From Acidobacteriota bacterium (lineage in GTDB: Bacteria > Acidobacteriota > Vicinamibacteria > Marinacidobacterales > Marinacidobacteraceae), in NCBI GenBank assembly GCA_009835985.1, contig VXWI01000054.1:10412-74411 (forward strand): DNA of 64,000 nucleotides, written 5' to 3'. This document shows positions 1-8,071 of the stretch, piece by piece. Below the pieces are notes generated by a model. The model saw nothing but the letters and a program-made list of their open reading frames with translations. It ran no database searches and was not told the DNA's origin. Positions within the stretch are counted from its first letter, which is position 1; each line of letters opens with the position of its first letter. The position numbers and the translations under genes were made by a program.

Positions 1-1192
1 CAACTGGGACCCGGTCTCGGCGATTCCAGCCGAGGCTTACAGCATGGTCACGAAACCCATGCTGCCGACCATCCCGCTCTTCACCCTCGCGGGCTACATC
101 CTCGCCGAGGGCGGTGCGCCCAAGCGTCTCGTGGTGCTCTTCCGCGGGGTCTTCGGCTGGATGCCGGGCGGGGTGGCGGTGGTCGCGATCGTGATGTCGG
201 CGTTCTTCACCTGCTTCACCGGGGGCAGCGGGGTGACCATCCTGGCGATGGGCGGGCTGATGTTCCCCCTGCTGCTCGCGGACGGGCACCGGCCCAAGTT
301 CGCGACCGGCCTCCTGACCGCGGCGGGCTCGCTCGGCCTCCTCATCCCCCCCTCGGTCGCGGTCATCCTCTACGCGATCGTCGCCGAGGTGGACATCCCG
401 CGGCTCTTCGTGGCCGGGCTGATTCCCTCCGCCCTCCAGATCGTGCTGGTGGCCGGGTTCACGATCCTGGTGACCCGGCGCTTCGCGGGCCAACGCTTCA
501 AGGGCACTACCTCGTCGTTCCGGATCGGGGAGGCGGCCAAGGCGCTCTGGACCGCGAAGTGGGAAGCCTCCATCCCCTTCGTGGTGATCGGCGTGATGCT
601 CGGCGGGATCGCGACGCTCGTGGAAGCCGCCGCCATCACCGTCCTCTACGCGCTGTTCATCGAGTTCGTGATCCACCGCGAGGGGAAGACGTTCTCGGAC
701 CTGGTCCGCACCGGGGCCAACGCCGTGACGCTGATCGGCGGCGTGCTGCTCATCCTGGGCGCCGCGCTCGGGCTCACGAACTACCTGATCTTCGCCGACA
801 TCCCGGGGATGGCGATCGACTGGGTGCAGTCGTTCGTGGCCTCCCCGCTCTTCTTCCTGCTGCTGCTGAACATCTTCTTGCTGATCGTCGGCTGCCTCAT
901 GGACATCTACTCGGCCATCGTGGTCGTGGTGCCCCTGGTCGCCCCGCTCGGACTCGCCTTCGGCATCGACCCCCTGCACCTCGGGGTCATCTTCCTCACG
1001 AACCTCGAGCTGGGCTACCTGACGCCGCCGGTGGGCATGAACCTCTTCCTCGCCTCCTACCGGTTCAAGCGGCCGCTCGGGGAGGTGTATCGCGCCTCGG
1101 TGCCGTTCCTGCTGATCCGGGCGGGCGCGGTGCTGCTCGTGACCTATATCCCGTACCTGACCCTGGCCCTGCCGGGACTCTTCTTCGACTGA
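1..1192 (+). CDS. dctM: TRAP transporter large permease subunit (DctM family), 5'-truncated by window edge
   Basis: Reading frame is open from position 2 into ORF 44..1192. Translation is a polytopic membrane protein with DctM-like motifs (PTIPLFTLAGYILAEGG, GLIPPSVAVILYAIV). Confidence 0.8.
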   Translation, partial: NWDPVSAIPAEAYSMVTKPMLPTIPLFTLAGYILAEGGAPKRLVVLFRGVFGWMPGGVAVVAIVMSAFFTCFTGGSGVTILAMGGLMFPLLLADGHRPKFATGLLTAAGSLGLLIPPSVAVILYAIVAEVDIPRLFVAGLIPSALQIVLVAGFTILVTRRFAGQRFKGTTSSFRIGEAAKALWTAKWEASIPFVVIGVMLGGIATLVEAAAITVLYALFIEFVIHREGKTFSDLVRTGANAVTLIGGVLLILGAALGLTNYLIFADIPGMAIDWVQSFVASPLFFLLLLNIFLLIVGCLMDIYSAIVVVVPLVAPLGLAFGIDPLHLGVIFLTNLELGYLTPPVGMNLFLASYRFKRPLGEVYRASVPFLLIRAGAVLLVTYIPYLTLALPGLFFD

Positions 1193-1208
1193 GCACCAAG
1201 GAGGCGGA

Positions 1209-2468
1209 GTGGACTTCCAGATCGCCGACCGGCAGCGGAAACGCCGTGTCCGGAGACTGGTCCTGGCCGGCGGCGGCGCCGCCGCGTTGCTGATCGTGGT
1301 CCTGCTGCTCGGCAGCATCGCCCCCGGCGCGCCCGAGGTGGACCGCTCGGTCGTCTGGACCGGCGTCGTCGAACGGGGCGAACTGGTCCGGCAGGTCCGG
1401 GGACCGGGCACCCTCCAGGTCCCACCCGAACAGATCCGCTGGCTGGCCGCCGAGACCCGCGGGCGGATCGAGGAGCGGCGCGTGCTCCCCGGAACCCCGG
1501 TCGAGGAGGACACCGTACTGCTGGTTCTCTCGAATCCCGAACTCGAACAGCAGACCCGGGAGGCCGAACTCCAGCTCCGCGCCGAGGAGGCGGAGCTTCG
1601 GCGGCTGCTCGACCAGACGCGCTCCGACCTGCTGGAGCAACGAAACGCGGCTGGCCAACTCGCCGCTTCCTCCACCCAGGCGCGCCGCCGCGCCGATGCC
1701 GACCGCAAGCTCTTCGAGGCGGGGCTGGTTGGGGAACTGATCCACCGGCGGAGCGAGCTGAGCGCCGAGGAACTGGAAACCCGCCACGGGCTCGAGGAGG
1801 AGCGCCTCTCCATCCTCGCCGATTCCAGCGCGGCGCAGGTCGCCTCCAAGGAGGCGACCGTCGCGCGTTACCGGGCGGTCCTGGAACTCCGCCGGCGGCA
1901 GCTCGCCGCCCTCACGGTGCGGGCTGGCCGCGGCGGAACCCTGCTGGAGGTGCCGGTCGAGGTCGGCCAGGAGGTGAGCCCGGGAGCGAACCTCGCACGG
2001 GTGGCGGACCCCCGGGAACTCAAGGCGGTGCTGCGGATCGCCGAGACGCAGGCGCGCGACGTCGAACCCGGCCAGCCGGCGCTGGTGGACACCCGGAACG
2101 GGGTCGTGGAGGGCGTCGTCTCCCGGGTGGACCCCGCGGTGCGCGAGGGCACGGTGGCCGTGGACATCGAGATCGCCGGCGAGCTTCCGCGCGGCGCCCG
2201 CCCGGACCTCTCGGTGGACGGCACGATCGAGCTGGACCGGATCCCGGACACGCTCCACGTCGGCCGGCCGGCGTACGGCCAGCCCGGGAGCACGGTCGGC
2301 CTCTTCCGCATCGCCCCCGACGGGGCTACTGCGGAGCGGGTTCCGGTCGAGCTCGGCCGGGGCTCCGTGAACCGCATCGAGGTGCTGAACGGGCTCGCCG
2401 AGGGCGACGAGATCATCCTCTCGGACACCTCGACCTGGGACGCCTGGGACGCCATCCGGCTCCGGTAA
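1209..2468 (+). CDS. HlyD-family membrane fusion / efflux periplasmic adaptor protein
   Basis: N-terminal single TM segment, long coiled-coil (LQLRAEEAELRRLLDQ...), then beta-barrel/lipoyl-like C-terminal region typical of HlyD/MacA adaptors. No cognate ABC/RND transporter follows. Confidence 0.65.
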   Translation: MDFQIADRQRKRRVRRLVLAGGGAAALLIVVLLLGSIAPGAPEVDRSVVWTGVVERGELVRQVRGPGTLQVPPEQIRWLAAETRGRIEERRVLPGTPVEEDTVLLVLSNPELEQQTREAELQLRAEEAELRRLLDQTRSDLLEQRNAAGQLAASSTQARRRADADRKLFEAGLVGELIHRRSELSAEELETRHGLEEERLSILADSSAAQVASKEATVARYRAVLELRRRQLAALTVRAGRGGTLLEVPVEVGQEVSPGANLARVADPRELKAVLRIAETQARDVEPGQPALVDTRNGVVEGVVSRVDPAVREGTVAVDIEIAGELPRGARPDLSVDGTIELDRIPDTLHVGRPAYGQPGSTVGLFRIAPDGATAERVPVELGRGSVNRIEVLNGLAEGDEIILSDTSTWDAWDAIRLR

Positions 2469-2497
2469 CGCGCCGCGTCCGGATCAACCCATCCGGC

Positions 2498-2835
2498 GAT
2501 CGCTGGGTGCAGCTACCCATCGACCCGGTTGTCGATGGGTGCAGCTCCCCGCCGGCCCCGTTATCGATGGGTGCAGCTCCCCGCCGGTTCCGTTATCGCT
2601 GGATGCAGCTCCCCGCCGGCTCCGTTATCGATGGGTGCAGCTTCCCGCCAGCACCGTTATCGATGGGTGCAGCTACCCACCGACCCGGTTATCGATGGGT
2701 GCAGCTCCCCGCCGGCTCCGTTATCGATGGGTGCAGCTCCCCTCCGACCCGGTTATCGATGGGTGCAGCTGCCCGCCGACCCGGTTATCGATGGGTGCAG
2801 ATCCCCGCCGGCCGCTCTATCGCTGGGTGCACGCG
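2498..2835. repeat. Tandem direct repeat array, ~10.5 copies of a 32-bp unit (18-bp conserved core TTATCGATGGGTGCAGCT + 14-bp C-rich variable part)
   Basis: Read directly from sequence. Periodic reappearance of tatcgatgggtgcagc every 32 nt in the convergent intergenic region between the HlyD gene and the minus-strand gene 2853..3473. ORFs 2507..2866, 2529..2870 and 2539..3108 are frame artefacts of the repeat. Confidence 0.85.
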
Positions 2836-2852
2836 CCGGACGGACGGCCGCG

Positions 2853-3473
2853 TCACGGCCGGCTGAGTGAGAGCGCGATCCGCTCACCAACCCAGTCGGC
2901 GAGTTCCCGGCCCTCGGCGTCCTCCGGGTCCGGCGACCCGAGCAGGAAGCGTTCGGCAAACACGTGGGGCGGGTCCGAGTCCCGTACCAGGAGGACGTCC
3001 AGGCGAATCTCCTCGCCGCCGCCGTTGGCCTCGCGCGGAGGCGTCCAGGACGAGCCCGGGCCGAGCGGCTCCCCCGGGCCCGATTCGAGGCTTCCGGCGA
3101 GCACGTAGTCCGCGCCGAGTCGTCCGGCGATTCCCACCAGCCCTTCCGCGCGTTCCGAGGGACCGAACGCCGGGCGGAGCCGCCGCGGCGACAGTTCGAA
3201 GATGCCCCCGGGGTCCCGCTCGAGACGCGCCCGCACCGCTTCGGTGAGTTGGCGCGCCAGCAGAGTGAACTCGCCCCGGCCAGTGCGGTTGTCGAAATCC
3301 GGGATGAGCAGGACCGGCCGGTCCACCGGGTCCGGCCGCCGGATGGCGGTCGGCTTCCCGGCGACGGCGAGCAGACCGAGCCCGGTCGCAAGCGCGAGGA
3401 TCCCCGCCACCACGAAGGACCCTCTCGGGACTTTGCCGCTCACCTTGCCCCCGGACGCTAGCGCGGCGATCAT
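2853..3473 (-). CDS. Hypothetical membrane-anchored protein (N-terminal TM helix, periplasmic domain)
   Basis: ORF with hydrophobic N-terminal segment VVAGILALATGLGLLAVA. No recognisable catalytic motif. Divergent from etfB with 14-bp spacing. Confidence 0.4.
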   Translation of the reverse strand: MIAALASGGKVSGKVPRGSFVVAGILALATGLGLLAVAGKPTAIRRPDPVDRPVLLIPDFDNRTGRGEFTLLARQLTEAVRARLERDPGGIFELSPRRLRPAFGPSERAEGLVGIAGRLGADYVLAGSLESGPGEPLGPGSSWTPPREANGGGEEIRLDVLLVRDSDPPHVFAERFLLGSPDPEDAEGRELADWVGERIALSLSRP

Positions 3474-3487
3474 AGGGCTCGAATTCC

Positions 3488-4267
3488 ATGAACGCCGTCG
3501 CCCTCGTCAAGCAGGTTCCCGACCGGAACTCGGCGTTTCGCCCAGCGGGCAACTGGATCGACGAATCCAGCCTCGGATACGGCATCAACGACTACGATCG
3601 CTACGCCGTCGAGGCGGCGCTGGCGCTGAAGGAGGCGGGACACGCGGCGGAGACCGTGGCGGTGACGGCCGGCCCGGCCGACGCCGGCCAGGTGCTGCGC
3701 AGTTGTCTCGCGATGGGGGCGGACCGCGGGGTCCATCTGATCACTGATCGCGCCCACCTCGCCGATCCCTTCTTCGTGGCGCGGGCGCTCGCCGACGCCG
3801 TTTCCGGGCTCGATGCCGGGGTGGTGTTCGCCGGCCTTCTCGCCGAGGACAGCGGCCACGGCCAGGTGGGAGGGCTGGTGGCGGGCCTGCTCGGCTACTC
3901 GTTCGCCTCCGCCGCCACCGGACTGCACTTCCGTAACGGGCGCCTCGAGGTGCACCGCGAACTCGAAGGCGGCCGGATCGCGGTCGTCGAACTCCGCCTG
4001 CCGGCGGTGGTGGCCGTCCAGACCGGCATCAACACCCCGCGCTACGCAAGTCTCCGCGGCATCATGGCCTCGCGGCGCAAGCCGGTCGAGCGCGTGGAGC
4101 TCGCCGCTCCCCCGGATGGCCCCGGGCTCCGCCGGCTGACGCTCGGCAGGCCCGAGCGGGGCGCGAGCGCCGAGATCCTCCCGGGTTCTCCCCAGGAGGC
4201 GGCAGCGGCGCTCGTTCCCCGGATGCGGGCCGGCGCCGGAGTCTCCTTTCCGGGAGACGCGTCATGA
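3488..4267 (+). CDS. etfB: Electron transfer flavoprotein beta subunit
   Basis: N-terminal MNAVALVKQVPD...NDYDRYAVEAALALKE is a classic EtfB signature. 4-bp overlap with etfA. Confidence 0.85.
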   Translation: MNAVALVKQVPDRNSAFRPAGNWIDESSLGYGINDYDRYAVEAALALKEAGHAAETVAVTAGPADAGQVLRSCLAMGADRGVHLITDRAHLADPFFVARALADAVSGLDAGVVFAGLLAEDSGHGQVGGLVAGLLGYSFASAATGLHFRNGRLEVHRELEGGRIAVVELRLPAVVAVQTGINTPRYASLRGIMASRRKPVERVELAAPPDGPGLRRLTLGRPERGASAEILPGSPQEAAAALVPRMRAGAGVSFPGDAS

Positions 4268-5235
4268 GCCGCCGGGTCCTGGTCCTCGCCGAGCGGAGCG
4301 AAAACGGCGTCGCCGACGCCAGCTACGAACTGCTCGAGGCCGCGTCCCGGCTCGCCGGCGGGCAGGATGGGGTGAGCGCCGTGCTTCCGGTCGCTGACGC
4401 CAGCGAGGCCGAGGGGCTGCGCGAAGTTCTGCCGGCCGGGGAACTCCTGCTGGTGGAAGGGCCGGCGCACGCGTCCCCGACCGCGGACGGAACCGCCGCC
4501 GCAGTGCTGCACGCCCGGGAGGCGAGCGGCGCCGAGTGCATCCTCCTGCCCCACGACCCGGTCGGCTGGGACGTCGCGCCGCTGGTCGCGGCGCGGCTTG
4601 GAACCGCCGCCGCCACCGCCGTGTCGGCGCTTTCCTGGCGCGAGGACGGAATCGCTGCCAAACGCTCCGCCTTTCTCGGGAAGTTCGTCCAGGAGGTGGA
4701 GGCGCCCGGCCTCCCCGCGGTGGCGACGGTGGAACGCGGGGCCTTCCCGGCCCGGGAACCGGGGCCGGCGCTCTCGGTGCGCATCCTCCCTTCCCCCGTG
4801 GGCCCCGGCGACCTGCGTTCGCGCCTCGTCGAGGTCCGGGACGCGGGCTCCGGCGGGGTGGACCTGACGGCGGCGGAGGTGGTGGTGGCGGCCGGCCGCG
4901 GCCTCGGCGGCCCCGAGAACCTCGACATCGTGCACGAACTGGCGGCGGCGCTCGGAGGCGTGGTCGGGGCTTCCCGGGCGGTGACCGACGCCGGCTGGCT
5001 TCCTCACGAGCTCCAGATCGGCTCGAGCGGCGCCACCGTGTCGCCGAAGCTCTACGTCGCCTGCGCCATCTCCGGCGCCATCCAGCACCTCGTGGGCATG
5101 CGGGGTTCCCGGTTCGTGGTGGCCATCAACAAGGACCCGGACGCCCCCATCTTCGGGGCCGCGGACGTCGGCATCGTCGGCGACGCGCTGGAGGTGATCC
5201 CGGCGGTCACCGAGGCGGTCCGGAGGAGCGGCTGA
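4264..5235 (+). CDS. etfA: Electron transfer flavoprotein alpha subunit
   Basis: C-terminal FAD-binding region [27 protein letters not shown]...[12 protein letters not shown] is an EtfA hallmark. Confidence 0.85.
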   Translation: MSRRVLVLAERSENGVADASYELLEAASRLAGGQDGVSAVLPVADASEAEGLREVLPAGELLLVEGPAHASPTADGTAAAVLHAREASGAECILLPHDPVGWDVAPLVAARLGTAAATAVSALSWREDGIAAKRSAFLGKFVQEVEAPGLPAVATVERGAFPAREPGPALSVRILPSPVGPGDLRSRLVEVRDAGSGGVDLTAAEVVVAAGRGLGGPENLDIVHELAAALGGVVGASRAVTDAGWLPHELQIGSSGATVSPKLYVACAISGAIQHLVGMRGSRFVVAINKDPDAPIFGAADVGIVGDALEVIPAVTEAVRRSG

Positions 5236-5452
5236 CTCCCCGGCGTCCGGCCTCGATCTCGGCAAGCATCTGCTCCGGGTCGGCTGTCGGCGCCTTCCAT
5301 TGCGCAGCAGCTTCTATCGCCCGCATCTTCCGTTCGATTCGCTCCGCCTCCGTCTGAGTGGCTGCGCGCAGCGTGCGCCGCACCCACTCGGAAAGGCTGA
5401 GACCCTCGCCGCGGGCCACACGGCGGGAGTCTCCGTATTCCTCGTCCGACAT
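5207..5452 (-). CDS. Ribbon-helix-helix (CopG/antitoxin-like) small protein, orphan
   Basis: [31 protein letters not shown]... matches an RHH beta-strand/helix DNA-binding motif. Convergently overlaps the etfA 3' end by ~29 nt. No toxin partner nearby. Confidence 0.35.
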   Translation of the reverse strand: MSDEEYGDSRRVARGEGLSLSEWVRRTLRAATQTEAERIERKMRAIEAAAQWKAPTADPEQMLAEIEAGRRGVSRSSGPPR

Positions 5453-5550
5453 GACGACGTGGAGCCGCTTCACGGCTACGACCAGCAACGAGAGATCCCG
5501 TCACCGACGAGGTACTCGCGATCCAGCACGGTCTTGCTGCTCCTCGGCTG

Positions 5551-6940
5551 TCAGACCATGTCGTCCGGCCGGACCCACTCGTCGAACTGCTCGGCGGTGA
5601 GGAGGCCGAGGGCGAGCGCCGCTTCCTTCAGCGAGGTTCCGTCGGCGTAGGCCTTCTTGGCGATCTTCGCCGCGTTGTCGTAGCCGATGTGCGGGTTCAG
5701 CGCGGTGACGAGCATCAGCGAGCGCTCCAGGTTCTCGCGCAGGCGGCCCTCGTTCGGCTCGATGCCGACCACGCAGCGTTCCCGGAAGCTGTCGCAGCCG
5801 TCCGCGACGAGCCGGGCGCTTCCCAGGAAGTTGTGGGCGATCAGCGGCTTCATGACGTTGAGCTCGAAGTTGCCCCCCGCCCCGCCGACCCCGATGGCCA
5901 CGTCATTCCCGAGGACCTGGGCGGTCGCCATCAGGAGCGCCTCGGACTGGGTCGGGTTCACCTTGCCCGGCATGATGGAGCTGCCCGGTTCGTTCGCCGG
6001 GATTTGGATCTCCCCGATTCCGGAGCGCGGGCCGGAGGCCAGCCAGCGGATGTCGTTCGCGATCTTGTGGAGCGACACCGCCACCGTCTTGAGCGCCCCG
6101 TGGCCGGCGACCAGCGCGTCCTTCGAGGCGAGCGCCTCGAACTTGTTGGGGGCGGTCACGAACTGGCAGCCGGTGAGGCGGGTCAGCCACGTTGCGGCCC
6201 GCGCCCCCATCTCGGGGTGGGCGTTCAGGCCGGTCCCCACCGCGGTGCCCCCGAGCGCCAGCTCGCGGAGGTGCGGGAGCGACGCCTCGATCCGCGCGGC
6301 GCCGTGCTCCAGTTGGGCGGCGTAGCCCGAGAACTCCTGGCCCAGGGTGAGCGGGGTGGCGTCCTGGAGGTGCGTGCGCCCGATCTTCACCACCGACCGG
6401 AAGGCCTCCGCCCGTTCGGCGAGCGCCGCGGCGAGCGCCCGCACCGCGGGGAGGACCCGCTCCTCGAGGGCCAGGACCGCGGCCACGTGCATCGCGGTGG
6501 GGAACACGTCGTTCGAGGACTGTCCCCGGTTCACGTCGTCGTTCGGGTGGATCAGCCGCCCCTCGCCGCGCGGCCCGCCGAGGATTTCGCTGGCGCGGTT
6601 CGCGAGCACCTCGTTCATGTTCATGTTGGACTGGGTGCCGCTGCCCGTCTGCCAGACGAGGAGCGGAAACTCGTCCGGATGTTCGCCGGCGAGCACCTCG
6701 TCGGCCGCCGCCGCGATGGCGTCCGCCTTCTCCTCGGAGATCCGGCCGAGATCCCGGTTCACGAGCGCCGCCGCCTTCTTGACGAGGGCCAGCGCGGCGA
6801 CGATTTCACCGGGCATCCGCTCCCCGGAGATCCGGAAGTTCCGCCGGGAGCGCTCGGTCTGCGCCCCATAGAGCCGCTCCGCCGGAACGGCTACCTCTCC
6901 AAGGGTGTCCCTTTCGATTCGGGTGTTCGACTCAGTCAAC
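5551..6940 (-). CDS. fumC: Class II fumarate hydratase
   Basis: GAQTERS near the N-terminus and the [17 protein letters not shown] lyase signature. Start assigned to TTG at 6938-6940, preceded by an AAGGAGG Shine-Dalgarno on the minus strand (cagAAGGAGGatccgTTG). The ORF-track start at 7026 adds ~29 codons upstream of this without an RBS. Confidence 0.8.
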
Positions 6941-7089
6941 GGATCCTCCTTCTGTGGGACGGTCGTGATGCATCGGAATCGTACTGCGGGGGATGCCAAC
7001 GGAAGCGGTAACCCGGCGTCGGCCATGCCGGGCCCCCTGTGCTAGCAGCTCGTGCTAGCATTCCTGTCTTCCCTCCGGGAGGTGCAGCC

Positions 7090-7362
7090 ATGGGTTCTGC
7101 CATCACCGTCCGCGGCCTGAACGAGGCCGAGAAGAGCTGGCTCAAGGCGGAGTCGAAAGACGCCGGGATCTCCATGGAGGAGTTCGTGCGCCGGATGATC
7201 CGCAGGCAGCGCGAGGAAAGTACCCGCAAGGAAAGCGTGGCCGACATCTGGCTGCGATATTTCGGTCCGGAGAACGGAGTGGAGCTGCCTCCCCGCGGCC
7301 AGTACGGCTACCGGCCCCTGGAGTTTCCCGAGGACGAGTTTCCGCTGGAAGACGAGAAGTGA
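7090..7362 (+). CDS. vapB: VapB/FitA-type antitoxin
   Basis: MGSAITVRGLNEAEKSWLKAESKDAGISMEEFVRRMI resembles FitA/VapB ribbon-helix-helix antitoxins. Stop overlaps the vapC start (ATGA). Confidence 0.65.
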   Translation: MGSAITVRGLNEAEKSWLKAESKDAGISMEEFVRRMIRRQREESTRKESVADIWLRYFGPENGVELPPRGQYGYRPLEFPEDEFPLEDEK

Positions 7363-7799
7363 CGTCGCGGCTCTCCTGGCTGCTGGACACCAACGTCGCC
7401 TCCGAGCTGATGCGGGCGCGGACGGATCGCCGCGTCGCCAGATTCCTTTCCCGGATCGCCAACGAGCAAGTAGGCCTCGCCGCGATTTCCGTCTGGGAAG
7501 TTCTCAACGGCATCCGAAAGCTCCCCGCCGGGCGCCGACGCAGTGCGCTTGACACCCGTTTCCGAAACGTCCTGGATTCCTATCGGGACCGGGTGCTGCC
7601 CTGGACCGAAGACGACGCCCGGGTCTGCGCCCGGATCATGGAGGAGAAACGGAGGCGCGGAGAATCGCTCGACGCTCAGCTTCCCGACGCCTTTCTGGCC
7701 GCCGTTGCGGTCCGCCGCGGCCTCACCATCGTCACGCGGAACACCCGCGACTTTGAAAACACCGGCGCCCGGACGGTGAATCCCTGGAAGGACCCGTAA
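7359..7799 (+). CDS. vapC: PIN-domain toxin VapC
   Basis: LLDTNVASEL at the N-terminus and TRNTRDF near the C-terminus are canonical PIN/VapC acidic-residue motifs. Confidence 0.8.
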   Translation: MTSRLSWLLDTNVASELMRARTDRRVARFLSRIANEQVGLAAISVWEVLNGIRKLPAGRRRSALDTRFRNVLDSYRDRVLPWTEDDARVCARIMEEKRRRGESLDAQLPDAFLAAVAVRRGLTIVTRNTRDFENTGARTVNPWKDP

Positions 7800-7868
7800 C
7801 CCGACGCTCGGCCGCTCAGCGGCTTCCGCCGAGGGTTGGAGACATCGCCCTGCGCCTGGTGACGCCTC

Positions 7869-8036
7869 CGGCCTGGAACACCGGCTTCAGCGGGCACAGC
7901 GGCCCGCAGGGCCGCGGGCGGTTCGTCGCTCCCCCGGATGCGGGGATGCGCGCAACCGAGCCATCCCGGCGAATGAGGTCCGTCCAGCCGCCCGCCTGCG
8001 GCGGGCTGTGTCGGCTGAAGCCGGCGTTCCAAGCCG
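7869..8036. repeat. Palindromic element: 23-nt arms (cggcctggaacaccggcttcagc / gctgaagccggcgttccaagccg) in inverted orientation ~120 bp apart, with internal GC hairpin gcccgcc-tgc-ggcgggc
   Basis: Read from sequence in the convergent intergenic region between vapC and the S9 peptidase. Arms differ at 2 of 23 positions. A third copy of the arm lies at 17222-17243. Confidence 0.6.
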
Positions 8037-8071
8037 CGCCCGCCACTCTCCCGATCCGGGAGCACGGGCCC

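Noticed and set aside
2498-2835. Possible CRISPR array
   Set aside because: The conserved part is only 18 bp and the intervening 14-nt segments are near-identical variants of each other rather than unique spacers. The period (32 bp) is too short, and no cas genes are in the window. This is a degenerate tandem repeat, not CRISPR.
2507-3108. Overlapping ORFs encoding repetitive peptides (…VIDGCSSPPAPLSMGAAP…)
   Set aside because: All three frames read through the tandem repeat and merely translate it. No start/RBS context, and they overlap the convergent real gene.
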